From Lama glama (Eukaryota): 64,000 nt of DNA. The translations under genes and the position numbers were made by a program. The DNA is taken from positions 38,070,001-38,134,000 of the forward strand of contig CM052817.1 in NCBI GenBank assembly GCA_028534125.1. The letters run 5' to 3'. The notes beneath the pieces are model-generated. The model was not told the origin of the DNA. It did no database searches and saw only the letters and a list, made by a program, of their open reading frames with translations. Shown here in pieces: positions 25,411 through 38,750 of this stretch (its first letter is position 1; the number at the start of each line of letters is the position of its first letter).

Positions 25411-26543
25411 ACAAATTGAATCTGAATTGGCAGCAATCTCATGCATCCTGGCCCAGTATTCTAATTTCTCCACAATAAGGTTATATTCATCATTAAATAA
25501 TTTAGTAGACTGCATTTATTTTCCAGTCCCTCTGGAAACAACAAACTGCTATGTAAACTGGTTTTGGCTTTATTCACCTAAAGTGTATTTCTTGCAAACT
25601 TAAAAGGATTTACGTGGTGGACACTTGGGTACTTGGGTCCATCTATCCAGAGAGTGTAGAAATTGTATATGTCAATAACCTTAGAAACTGTTCAGGAAAA
25701 CTATTTTGGGATTAGTGCAAAAATAAGTAACCACGTAACCTTTTAATATCATGCTTAAGCACTTTTAACAAGCCTTCCTAAGGGTCGTCTGACTGTTTTG
25801 CAGAACATAACTTTTTTGACTTAAGATTTTCAATTGATTAGGGTCCACGTGTTTTACAACATTGTAAACTTGTAAAAAAATGATTAAGTAAAACTCTGTT
25901 TTTTGGGTTTTTTAAAAAATCCTGCCTGGTAGAAAAGACAACCACAAAAATAGGTTTGGTTGCCCTGTAAGACACTTAGAAGTTTTGATTTAATTTCGTA
26001 ATCTTACTTTGGTATTCTTTTTTCCACAGACTACATAAATACTAATTTCTCATATCTTCACTGATTCAAACTTTGTCATTCTGCCATTTTCCCCATTAAT
26101 GAGTTAAAAGCAACTTCTGCCTGTACTCACTTCTTTTTGCACAAGAATTATGGTTTTAATGATTGAAGAATTAGGTGTTGATTACATACAAACTTTCTTT
26201 CTTTACCAACCGTTTAAACCTTTCTTCATATGGCAGCTCACTCATCCCATCCCTTTAATGATTAATTGATCTCACTTGTACCATCCCTAATCACCATGTT
26301 GCCCTCCCTGAGCTGTACAATTTGCAAAAAATGAACCATGGGAGTAAGAATATTTTTGCCAAAGTGCTGTGAAAATAATGAAAAGAGAATTGGAGATCTT
26401 CATGTCATCAAAGATTAGCTGCCATGGAGATCTGGTTAGGCTGGAGGGGAAAGTGGAAGAGGAAACAAGCAGAAGATGGGGGTGTCCTGCAGTGGGTGGC
26501 ATGATTCTGAGCTCTTTGAAAAACGGAAAGGAGATGCATTAAT

Positions 26544-27043
26544 NNNNNNNNNNNNNNNNNNNNNNNNNNNNNNNNNNNNNNNNNNNNNNNNNNNNNNNNN
26601 NNNNNNNNNNNNNNNNNNNNNNNNNNNNNNNNNNNNNNNNNNNNNNNNNNNNNNNNNNNNNNNNNNNNNNNNNNNNNNNNNNNNNNNNNNNNNNNNNNNN
26701 NNNNNNNNNNNNNNNNNNNNNNNNNNNNNNNNNNNNNNNNNNNNNNNNNNNNNNNNNNNNNNNNNNNNNNNNNNNNNNNNNNNNNNNNNNNNNNNNNNNN
26801 NNNNNNNNNNNNNNNNNNNNNNNNNNNNNNNNNNNNNNNNNNNNNNNNNNNNNNNNNNNNNNNNNNNNNNNNNNNNNNNNNNNNNNNNNNNNNNNNNNNN
26901 NNNNNNNNNNNNNNNNNNNNNNNNNNNNNNNNNNNNNNNNNNNNNNNNNNNNNNNNNNNNNNNNNNNNNNNNNNNNNNNNNNNNNNNNNNNNNNNNNNNN
27001 NNNNNNNNNNNNNNNNNNNNNNNNNNNNNNNNNNNNNNNNNNN
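26544..27043. other. Assembly gap, 500 N
   Basis: Run of exactly 500 N. Confidence 1.
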
Positions 27044-28069
27044 CTCTGTAGACTCCCTGGCTAAATCCATGAGTTCAACTATCATCTTTCTGCAGAGACT
27101 ACAAAGTGCATATCTCTACATCAGATCTTTCCATTGACTTCTTCGATGTTCCATACATGCTCTGAACTCCATATATACAAAGCTGGACAACAACAGCAAA
27201 AACCTTGAAATAAAATTATTCCTCCTTTATCATGCCAATCCTCAACCATGATTGGCATTACTATTGACATGAATAAGCAAGAAGCCTAGAAGTCAACCTA
27301 AATGTTGCTTTTCTTGAGACCCTAAATTGAACAATGATTAATGATCCTCAGACTGATCTGAATGTTGGAATTACTTGGAAAGTTTTAAAAAATACCAATG
27401 ACTGAATCCTGTATATATTCCGATGTCATACCTTATGAATTTGTTCCGTCTCTCAGCAGTCTCATGGCCATTGCTCAAGTTCAAGTTCATATTACTCACC
27501 TCCTTCATGCAACAGCATATTAATTGCTGATCTTTCTGCTACAAGCTTGTCTTCCCACCCTAGGCCCCTGAACATACACATACAAGTAGTAATCATTAGT
27601 AACAAATAAATATAAATGACAAGCAAAATGCCGCTTATGGCTTTTGAATACTACATTTGAATACAAAGGGCAAATGTTTAACCATATACAGATAAATACG
27701 TATCACATAGAAATACATTAGACTTATTTTATAGACTAGTCATTAGAAGTGACATGTAATTAGTTGGGATTAGTATGTTTGACAGCATTGATTCACTTTA
27801 TAAATAGCCACACTCTAATGTGTCTAATTAAATTAAAAATTTAGACTAAAGAATAAAAATAAAATCTGACTTTCCCATTATAGTCACCAGGGTGATTTCA
27901 TTGGAGTGGAAAGGCTAATGCAATTCAGGTACTTAAAAAAGGCCTGATGTAAAATATTCAGAAAAATTTCCTTAAAGCAATATTACATCAGTATAACTCT
28001 GTTTTAACAGGCTACATTGCACATCCATATGCATTCAATTCCAAAAACAACAACAAAAACCTAACTAAA

Positions 28070-28350
28070 ACCTTGAGGTGTAACTAGTAGATAAGTTTTG
28101 GAGATCTAATACACAGCATAGTAAATATAGTCAATAATACTGTGTTATAAACTGCAAAGTTGCTAAGAGGTTAGATCTTATCGTTCTTATTACAAAGAAG
28201 AAACTATAATTATGTGACCTCATAGAGATGCTAGCCAATCCTACAATGGCAATCATACTGCAATATATAAATGTAACAAACCAACACACGGTACACTGTA
28301 AACTTACATAGCTGTATGTCAGTTATAGCCCAATACAAATAAATTAATCA
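28070..28350 (+). mobile_element. L1MA-type 3'UTR fragment
   Basis: gataagttttggagatctaatacacagcatagt...aaagttgctaagaggttagatctta...gtcagttatagcccaat. Confidence 0.8.
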
Positions 28351-28522
28351 CTTTTAAAAATAAGTGCTGTCAGTTACAAAATTAATCAACACGACTTTTA
28401 AAAGTGAGTTAATATGGCCCTGGTGACTTGGGACCCAAGGTTCAATGTCATATCCAAATTTTACTTAGAAGTAATACTCAAATGCACATGATATATTCTT
28501 GTACTATAAGTGACACTAATAT

Positions 28523-28638
28523 TGTTCAAACTCTTAAGATCTATGTTATGAAACAAAGCTTTTCCCATAAACTCTTCCTATGTTCAAACTCTTAAGATCT
28601 ATGTTATGAAACAAAGTTTTTCCTATAAACTCTTCCTA
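28523..28638 (+). repeat. 58-bp tandem duplication (2 copies, 2 mismatches)
   Basis: tgttcaaactcttaagatctatgttatgaaacaaag(c/t)ttttcc(c/t)ataaactcttccta at 28523-28580 and 28581-28638. Confidence 0.95.
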
Positions 28639-31584
28639 TAGAAACTAAATCTGTGGTCAATAGAGCTACAAAGATTTTCGTATTAAACTAAGATCCTATT
28701 CATATCAATAATGTATATAATTGCTTAGAATAAGTATTGACCTAAGGAATTATTTGAAAATCACTAATACTAAAGAGATTATAGACAGCCTGTCTGCAAA
28801 CATTCTAAGTGTGCGCGTGTGTATCTATATGCTACATATACATATATGCACATACTACACACATACAGGTACTACATACATATACAGATATATTTTGCTC
28901 TTTTTAAAGTTTTTTAAAAACATATCCAGTTGGTTTTATGGTATGAAGAAAATTAATCAAGGCTGTCTTTGATTGTACATGTTGGACTGTGTTCTCTCTC
29001 CTCAGTGCTAGCTGATCTTCACTGTAATTTTTTATAATTGTCTCAAGAGAAAACTCAAGCCTTCGAGGTTCCACAGAGCATCTCTAGCTGCCAATGGACG
29101 AAGCAGTTAGTTTGCTATTTTAATAAACACAGGCATTCCTAATCTAGATTGGGAGTCATGATGGGGTAATATCCACGCATTAACACTTTCTCTAGCTGTT
29201 CTGTGAAACGTAACTTCCTAAATTCATGAAGTATAAAATATATGCCAGGAAATGCATGAATGATTAAAAAGATTAGAAGACTGTTGTCAATTCAGATGAC
29301 CTATTTTCAGGTGGATATAAAGAAACTACTCTCAGTAAGAGATGCAAAAAAAATTTACATACATCTTCAAATTATACTTAACAAATAGTATTTATTTTTC
29401 ACTGGATTATGTAACTGTATTTTGAGAGAAGGGGACTAAGAACTTCTTGCTCACCTCACATTTCCCCCAGGAATGGCTCAGAAATAAAGACAACTGGGAG
29501 GAATAATACACATTCTCTAAGTAAACTATGATTATGCAACTGTCTAATTGGATGTAAACGGTGATCTTCCATTTCTTGCTTCAATGGGATATGCTGTCTT
29601 TCCTAACATTTCACTCCTGATGTACAGACGTGAAGGGTTCTTTCATGGAGGGTGTGCATTTCTCCACTAGCTTTCATGTCTTTACATTAGTACTTGTAAG
29701 TTCCTGAGACCTTATAACGTAGCCCTTTCTTGCTTCAGTTGTACCCGGGACTTCAAGTGTTACAGGTTGTAATTTCAGTTTCATATGGGCTCCAAAATCT
29801 TGGCAAACAGTTAATGAACTTGGCTTAGCTAAAATAGAGAAGTTACAGCTGTATTTAGTTGCTTTACAATTTTATTGTAAAGCAGATGGAGTTTCAGGAA
29901 AAACAAAGTAAATGTGATCATTATAGTACATTCAACAATTAATTGTTTTCTAGAGATTTCAGATTATGCAGTCAAGAATTTTCCAGAGAAGCATTATTGA
30001 TGTTCTGATGCTGATGGGGTACATTTATGCTAAAAATATATTTAAAATTTCCCCAACAGCATTTAAAATCCATATATGTAATTTAATATTTCCATTTTTA
30101 AATAAAAAATAAAGCAGAGCTAAACATCACAAATAATTTTTCTAGATAATCAAGACTAAATAGCAACCAAAGTTTCCTTAATGTATCTTTTTTTTTTCTT
30201 ATTAATGTGTCTTTAACACAGATCCTTTTGCATGTTGCCCACTTCCTTTTGTAACCATCACAAGCTTGGAAAATTCTGATTATCTGATTCTAGGATAAAC
30301 CATAAAGGTTGCAAACATTCTTTGCCAGAAAAGTGATTTTCTTCCAATAAAGTCAATATGGTTGAAAAGAAAACCTTGGTGCCTTAAGGAGGAGATGAGA
30401 ATAGAGGCCCAGTTTTACGCTGTTGAATCTCTATCTCACAGTGTTATCTAACTCACAAATATTTTCTGGTATATCCAGGTGGATCCACAAATTAACACCC
30501 AAACTGTTCAGGTCTATGCAAAACTTGTTCCTTCTCTGAACACTTCAACCATCTCTTATTACAACACAAAAGCATTCTTCACTTAGGAGCTAAATGATAC
30601 AATTTCAGTTTATTAATATGTATATATTGGGGGGAAGGATAAACGTTTTAAAAGAATCCAGTTATATATTTATTGTGGATTTCAAATTAAACTGCTGGCA
30701 TGCTCCTTGTTGGAAAGTATACTTTGCTACCACATGTATGTACATTTATATATTATATTCATGCTGTTTCTTACTTGGACTATTTTTAAGAAAGGTCAGT
30801 GTAAGTGGGAAGAGAGGCAAACAAAATTATATTGAGAAGAAGTTAGGAGTTTTGTTTTTATTTTTGTGTTTTGTGATAAATCAAAATCTAGTTATACTTT
30901 CAAAGTATAATGCATCCGTATTCAGGAGCACTTCTGGAGTACAAAACAAACAGAGGTACTGGTTTAAGTTAGAGCTGCGGCTTTTATGAAACTGTGTTCC
31001 CATTCATAAGATTATGACTCTACATTATCACCAATAGTTTTGCCCTAGTTGACAAAAATGATATTTTAACAGGATTTGAGAAGTTGTTTTAAAACACAAC
31101 AGTTTTCAAATTTCCTGAATTCTAATCTGTGAAAATAAGTGCATGAGTTGCCTACTTATCGAGACACCAGAAATATCTGCACTCTTTTATCCAACAAATG
31201 TGTTCAAAATATACGCCTTGTATCCATTTACTCAACAAAGATTTATCAAATGCCTGCATTGTGTCAGACATTTTTCTAGGTGCTAGGGATAGGAAGGGTG
31301 CTCAAGAGTCAGAAAATTCTTTACTTTGAGCTCATACTCTAGTTATCCATGTAGAGTTTTCCTTTATGAAGGCAGAGTTTTAAATGTGTTGCCCACAAAG
31401 AGATCCTCATGAGTACGTCTATGCCTGTTCTCGTGGTATCTCAGAAGTTCACTTCAGTCCTGGATATTCCCAGAATATTATTGCTGCTTCTTAGGCAATT
31501 TTTCAACAATTTCCTCATAATAAATTATCAAGATAACCAGAAAAAAATCAAACATTTAAAAACTATATGCCTCCTAAAGTATGA

Positions 31585-32330
31585 ATGACTCACAAGCACA
31601 TAAAAAGATACAAAACATCAGCAGTCATTAGGGAAATGCAGACTAAAACAACAAGATACCATTTCACACCCACTAGAATGGCTAGGAGGAACAACTGGAA
31701 TACATAGATTGCTGGTAGAAATATAAAATGTTGCAACCAATTGGGGACACAGTTTGGCAACTCCTCAAATGTTAAACGTAGATATGACCCAGCAATACCA
31801 CTTCTAAGTGTACACCCAAGAGAAATGAAAACTTACGACCACACAAAAACTTGTACATGCATGTTCACAGCAGCATTATTCGTAAAAGCCAAAAATCAGA
31901 AACAACTGCAATATCTACCAAGCGATGAGTGAACAAACTCCAGTATATCCACAAAGTGAAGTTCTATTCATCAATCCAAAGCAGCAAACTACTAATACAC
32001 GTTGTCACGTGGGCAAACCTCAAAAGTATTGTGCTAAGTGAATAAAGCTGATACAAGAAACCATATATTGAATAATTCTATTTTTACAAAGTGTTCAGAA
32101 AAGGGAGAAATCTATAGAGACAGAAAGTATGTTAGTGGTTGCCTGAGGAGGTTACCGCTGAGAATAACGGTAAATGGCACTGGAGATGCTATTTGGGTGA
32201 TGAAAATGTTCTAAAACTAATACACGGCAATGGTTGCATAACTTGGTAAATTTGTTAAAAATCATGGAATTGTACCCTTGAAATGGATGAATTGCATGGT
32301 CTGTACAACATGACTCAGTAAGTTTATTTC
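31585..32330 (+). mobile_element. L1M (MB/MC-like) ORF2 end plus 3'UTR
   Basis: gtcattagggaaatgcag...tatgacccagcaataccacttcta...atgttcacagcagcattatt. The ORF at 31741 shows decayed ORF2 C-terminal YDPAIPLL. Confidence 0.88.
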
Positions 32331-32619
32331 AGAAAATATTTATCTCAAAGGGATATCCTTTCACCAAGCTCATGCACGAATATTTACTTATAAGACATAC
32401 AAAAACACACTTTTAGAAAGTAAAACCTTACAGACATCTTATTTCCTTCAGTAGGAATTGCTATGGAGATTTCAAAAAAGAAATGAAGACATCCTGAATT
32501 AAAACACTGAAGATTTTACGATTAAGCACTAGCTTCTGTAGTACATAGATTCAAGCATATCACTTTTTCTTATATAAAATGTTAAAATCATCCTCATTGA
32601 CATCATGATACTTGCAATG

Positions 32620-32860
32620 ACAATAAGTGTGCTAAGTGTCTTATTCACATTGTACCATTTACTCATGGTGTTTTTGTTCCATTTTGCTTTATTTTTAAGT
32701 GCATAACTACAACTCTGGGGAGGTTAAGCATAATTTCCATTTTACATATGAGGAAACTAGGAGTTTGGAGAAGTTAAGTAACTAGTCTCAGACTTTTAAC
32801 ATAGGTAGTAAATGGTGCCTATCTCTCCTCAAAGCCTAAACTCATCCTACACTGCTTCCT
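32620..32860 (-). mobile_element. MIR SINE
   Basis: ccattttacatatgaggaaactagg...aagttaagtaact core motif. Confidence 0.7.
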
Positions 32861-34479
32861 TGCAAATAAGTACACAAATGTCAATGGATAGATATGCCAC
32901 ATACTGGGAAGCTTCTTGGTTAATTGGCTGTTTTCATTCATCACTCAATCCGGTTTCAGGGAAGTAAGCTCAAATTTATTCAAAGCTAAATTGAAAGGGA
33001 AGTGAAATTCATGTTTCCAGCTTCAGATGTACAAGCTCTTTAGATACATCACCAAGAGAGTAAGCACAATGGAACATGACAGATGTCTAGCTAACAACCT
33101 GTCCTACATGAAATATTTAGCATGCATCCATTCGGATGAGTGCTTTGCACATATGAAATATTTGCCTTTAAAGCTTATTAATTTTTCAGACCTTGATATG
33201 TTTACAAGAGGGTTTTATGGAACCCTTGCAAGTTACACCCATTGTTCAAATTAGATAAGAAGCCAAGCATTCAGGGAGGTAGGCCTGTCAGTCCTATCGA
33301 AGAGCGATCTGACTATTTCCCGGACCGTGGGCTGTCCCAAGTCAGGTGCCACAAGGGAGGAACATTACATCTTATTACACAGTAGGAGCACTAGTCTATT
33401 TTCCATTGCCTTCCAATCCTCCCGATTATATCAAGTAGGAAGCCCCAGCTGGCGATGAGAGAAGTGCTCAAGTGGTACTAGCACCTGCCAATCCCCATTT
33501 TCATCAGATAAACAGAGATTCCGAGGGTCAGAGTCTTCCCAAAGCAGCTGTGTTCAGATGCCATTTAATAACATGCTTTGCTGTCATTGCATTTATGCAT
33601 ATCAACCTTGTGTTTATGGCAAGTGGTGCTGGTTTTCAACTAAAAATAATATCAAGTTCCTTTCACAACAAAATTGTTTTAAAAAACAGTGAATAAGTTT
33701 AAAGAAAAATATCAGTAAGCCAAGTACAGGTGTTTTACAACGATGGCTAAAATCATGGTGGTCCTATGTAAATGACGGAAGTTTGAGAAGTACTCTAAGA
33801 TGATGGTTATCAATCTTGTCAAGCCATCATAACATCTAAGAACTGCATCAAAAATAGGAACATCAAGAGTTACCATAGCTCAACATCTAGCTGCTCAGGA
33901 CTTTTGAGGGCTAGGCCCTATCTGCACTTCAGAGGATCATTTAGGTTGCTGAAAACAGGTAGCCAGTTTGCTACTTACACATTCAGAGCGTGCTTTAGAC
34001 AAACACCTGGGAGTCTGTCCTTTGCTCTTCCAACCCTTTACCTAGTCACATGCCTTCAAGCTATCACTTCCTTCCTTCACTTTCCTCCATCAACCCGATC
34101 TTTTATTTACACTATGATACAAAAGCTCTATACCCATAGTGTGCTATCAAACTCCCCAGTGTTTGAGTTTTTCCATGGATCAAAACATAAAGGTGCAGGG
34201 ATGTACTTTTCAGGACATTCTAAAGTTTCAGACTCATTTCAGCAGATGGGAACTTGTATATTTCACACAGAAACTGTATACCCTAGAAAGTAATTTATCT
34301 TTCAGAGTAGTGAAAGACCTGCTTGGCCCAGTCAGAACTAACGTGCTGCTTCCAATAATGCCAGGAGATTGATTTATTTCCCCAGTTCATATATGAGAAA
34401 ACTGAGGCACATCACTTCAGATGAGCAGTTTCCCTTTAACCCACACTCCTGCAGCCCATAGTCTGGTTACTATTTCCAA

Positions 34480-34650
34480 GGCTATGGTCAGAGCACCATG
34501 CATATAAGAATTACATGGGGATTTGCTTGAAATGCTGATTCCTAGGTATCCCCTAACCCTTTAAATCAGAATGAGAGTCAGTGGGGTCCAGGAATCTGAA
34601 TCTTGAGATCTCTCTCTGGGCCATTCTTATACAAACTAATGTTTGAGACT
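34480..34650. mobile_element. MER5-like hAT/Charlie non-autonomous DNA transposon remnant
   Basis: gaattacatggggatttgcttgaaatgctgattcctagg...aatcagaat...ggggtccaggaatctg. Confidence 0.6.
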
Positions 34651-37003
34651 CTCTACTGTCTCTGCAGTGCTCCGCCTTTCAGGTTCACCTTCTATAACTC
34701 AGACCAGTCATGCTCAAAGCTGTATTGCTCCCCAGAGGGTAAAATTAAAATATGCATCTGGCTTTTCTGTCTCCAAAATTTTAGAGTTGTTTTTTCATTC
34801 TATCCCTGTAGACTTGCAGTTTGTTAGTGATTCTAAGTCAGTCACCAAAACAAGTAAAAAAGAAGCACAATGAGAGAAGAGGAGGAGGGACAAGGGCAGA
34901 ATGAGCTCAGAGGAAGGGAGGGCAGCTGGGGTACCTCGGACAGCAGCTGTTTTATGGGATTCTTGGACACAGTGTGCAAAATCACTGGCTTCTCTAGCCA
35001 CAGTCCTTGCTCTTGAATGCTGTGTTGTAAGTGCATAGTTATTTTGTTGCTGAGCAATTAATGCGTGGATGGTGACACCCATGTGGCCATTTTTGACTCT
35101 ACCTTCCCAGCTCTTCCAAACTGTATCTGAACAGCTGATGCCATCTGGAGAGTTTTGGAAACAAAATAATACTTGGCTTCCAATCTCATTTTACACATTT
35201 TGTATTTAACTTTTGTCCCGTCAAAGTGGGAAATTTAATATAAAATGTTATATTTTCATTTGTTTTCATTTCAAAACAGAAATAATGAAGAAAAGAATGG
35301 TTAGGAACTCCAACATCTGTTGTTTGTTACAGCGGACATAAACTTATTAAATACAAATTTTTTCAGGTCAGTGACAAAGACCTTTCTCACAAAATTCACT
35401 TTGGTCAAGGAGTCTGTGGGAATGCGTCCTCTAACTGTAGGAACAGTAAGTCACACATATGTTAAAGTCAAACTTGAACCTCAGCACTGGGAAAACAGCA
35501 TTTGCTATTATTAAGGAAGAGCAGGAAGTGCGTGGTTTCATAAAAGCCAGCACGTGCACTTGCAATCTAAATTCAAGTAGCGTGTGCTCCAAATTTCTTT
35601 TTCTCAAACTATCTTTTTTTCTCTCCCCTAAGATAAAATATTTCTTCTCAATCAAATATGAAACATGAACTTCCAAGCAGATTCATAGCTTCAAAAGCAC
35701 AGGCTGATTTATGAATGCAGACACTCATCAGCATAGGACTGATGTAGGCAAACACTGAAAACAACAGAAGCAGAGTTAAATAAATCCTATATAACAATAT
35801 AATGAATTATTATATTCTCCTTGAAATCAGGATTGCGAAAACAACTCAGTAACATAGGAAGTTGTTTATGACAGATATAATGTTAATAAGAAAAGGCAAG
35901 ATGTAAAAAACTATGCAATTCCAATATTTGTATGTATACATAAATGTATTTAGATCTATCAATATATTTAAGTCTCTACATACCTACTTACATATATATA
36001 TAGCAAGAACTTTCTGGGTTGTTTAATTTTGAAATGTTTATCTTTCCTTCTTCTAGTTGTCTATGTTCTAAATTATATACAAAATGTTATACCTTAAAAT
36101 ATGGTTTTAATAATATTTACATTAAATTTTAATAACACTTTATACTTTTATAATTCTAAAATGTTATTAAAAATTTACTTTAAAATTCAAATTTTAGGGC
36201 TTAGCATTAGAGCTACAATAATTATGGGGTCTTAAATTAAATTAATTAAAATTAGAGATTATTTTTGCAGAATTCCTGTGAGAATTTCTTTCCAGACTTT
36301 AATAAATACAAAGATGAAAACTAAATCTCTTAAATAATATATAAGCTTTATTAGAATAAACAAGGGAAAATATTTATTCATTCTTACTCTTTAACATATT
36401 TCACAAAGAAAAATTTCTGTACTTTGCTTTGTATATATCCTAATAGCTAGTCCAAACACTATGCCCAATCTGTACTTTTTAATAGGTTCTTTTAAAAATC
36501 ATTTTGATGGTGAACATGGGTGAGATTAACTTGAACTAGCAAATGTTCCCAGGCAGTTTATCTTCATATCCCCAAGTTGAAACCTGAGCGAGGACCTGGT
36601 CATGCAAAATTTTAAACTTAGCCAACTGACTCAAAAAGCAGGTGGGGCAGAACACCCTACTTGGATGCATTTCTGAAAATCACCTCACTCTCCTTGGGAA
36701 ATTATGGATTATTTATTCCCTAGCAGTGTAGTTTACAATTTCAGTTGGCCCCAAATATGCTACTCTTGCCTTCTTATTTCACTGTCCATGGATCTGGGAA
36801 TTCTTTTTTCTTTAAATCAGCAGAATCCTGTAATTTGTGTATGTGCTTCTCTAAGACTGAGAGACTCAAGCTTGACTATTTATCAAAACAAGCATATTCA
36901 GATCACCAGAGTTTGATACTGTGATATATTTTAGTTTTCATCTCTAGCTCCAGGTCAGAGCTCCTAAAAACCTTGTAATTTCTTAAATGATAAGAATAAT
37001 AGA

Positions 37004-37408
37004 GGAGAGTGGCCAAGATGGTGGAGCAGAAGGATGCTCGTAGCTCACCTTCTCCCACAAGTACACCGAGACTGACATCCACGGACCCACCCAGCCGCTC
37101 AGAGCACCTGCTGAACTTTGACAGCACATTGCCTCTTCAAGAGACAAAATTCTCCACAAATCTGATACGCAAGTTTATACTGTATAGCACAGGGAACTAT
37201 ATTCGATACCTTGTAGTAGCTTATGGTGAAAAGGACTATGAAAATGAATATATGTATATTCGATGTCTTGTAGTAGCTTATGGTGAAAAAGAATATGAAA
37301 ATGATATATGTATATTTATGTATGACTGAAGCATTGTGCTGCACACCAGAAATTGACACAATATTGTAAACTGACTATACCTCAATAAAAAACAGTAAAA
37401 AAAAAAAA
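37004..37408 (+). mobile_element. Internally deleted, probably spliced, L1: about 160 bp of L1 5'UTR joined to about 240 bp of L1 3'UTR and poly(A), with 12-bp TSD
   Basis: Starts ggagagtggccaagatggtggagcag (L1 5' end with YY1-type motif). Ends gtaaactgactatacctcaataaaa...A-tail. Flanked by aagaataataga (36992-37003) and aagagtaataga (37409-37420). Confidence 0.8.
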
Positions 37409-37449
37409 AAGAGTAATAGAAATATCTTTTTAATTTTGGAACAAGAAAG

Positions 37450-38215
37450 GTGAAAGGAAGGTCTTTGTTATTCATAACAAGCCTCTTGCAACCACACAGG
37501 AGTTTATGTTAACGAAGTGACTTTGAGAAAGCCCCTAAAGACGATGCGGGGTGGGAGGGGTGAAGGGTGATGATGGAGGAGGAAATAATCACAGCATTAC
37601 ATGGCTGGACTTCAGCCCCACCTTCAATCTGGGTGGGGGAAGGGAAGAGGGGCTGGAGATTCAGCACAATCACCAATGGCCAGGGATTTAACCAATCACG
37701 CCTGTGTAATAAAGTTTTCATAAAAATTTCCTCACTGAAGGGATGCAAAAAGCTTCTAGGTTAGGAGGGTAGCACATATGATGAGGGATGGAAGCTCTGT
37801 GCCCTTCCCCATACCTGCCCTATGCATCTCTTTCATCTGGCTGTTCCTGAATTGTATCCTTTTGTAGGAATCCAGTAATCTAGTAACTGAACTGTTTTCC
37901 TGAGTTCTATGAGCTGTTTTAGCAAAAGACTGAACTCAAGGAACCTCTGATTTATAGCTGGTTGGTTAGAAATACAGGTGACAACCTGGGACTTGTGATT
38001 GGTGCTTGAAGTGAGAGAGGGGACAGTCTTGTAGAAGTGAGCCCAAAACCTGTGGGGTCTGCACTAACTCTGGGCAGTTAGTGCCAGAACTGATTAAATC
38101 ATAGGACACTCAATGGGTGTCCATCAAAAATTAGAGATTGCTTTGTGGGAAACGCACACATTTGGTGTCAGGAGTGTTCTGTGGCTGAAGTAATAGAAAA
38201 TGTTAGTTTTCCCTC
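37450..38215 (+). mobile_element. MER21-like solo LTR
   Basis: gtctttgttattcataacaagcc, ccaatggccagggatttaaccaatcacgcctgtgtaat, gccctatgcatctctttcatctggctgttcctga, cacatttggtgtcag. Confidence 0.75.
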
Positions 38216-38239
38216 ATGGAGTGACCTTTTCTATTTAAT

Positions 38240-38750
38240 CTGTAAATAAAATTATTCATTTGCTTGTGAAATACCTTTCAATGGATTTCCATTTCACTCA
38301 GAATAAAAACAAAATTTCTTACTATAACCTACAGGGCTCTACAGGATCAACCTCTTTCACCACATCTCCCGGGACTGTACTCATGGTTCATTGTATTCCA
38401 GCCACAACGGCCTTCTTTCCGTTCTTCAAACAAGCTAAGCTGAGCCTGTCTCAAGGCCTTTGTACCTGCTGTGCTACCTGCACTGAGCCTCTCCCATGTC
38501 TTAGGTTTGGCAAACTTCCTGTTATTCACACACACATACTATAGCCTCAGGAAGATGTGTGTCGCCACTCCTTCACCCACTAATACATTAGCACATCATC
38601 CTAATCACTCTATGAAATTATTCTTATACTGACTGTTGTTTATCTGCCCACCACTACTAATGCAAACGCCGGAAGAAGTGAACCTTGTCTTTTTTCATCT
38701 AGAACGATGTCTAAGACACAGTAAACACTTCTAATGATGAATGAATGAGA
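38240..38750 (+). mobile_element. LINE-2 3' end
   Basis: caaggcctttgtacctgctg ... atgaatgaatga terminus. Confidence 0.65.

Noticed and set aside
28523..28638. CRISPR-like or other prokaryotic repeat array
   Set aside because: Only two adjacent copies with no spacers, and the window is mammalian.
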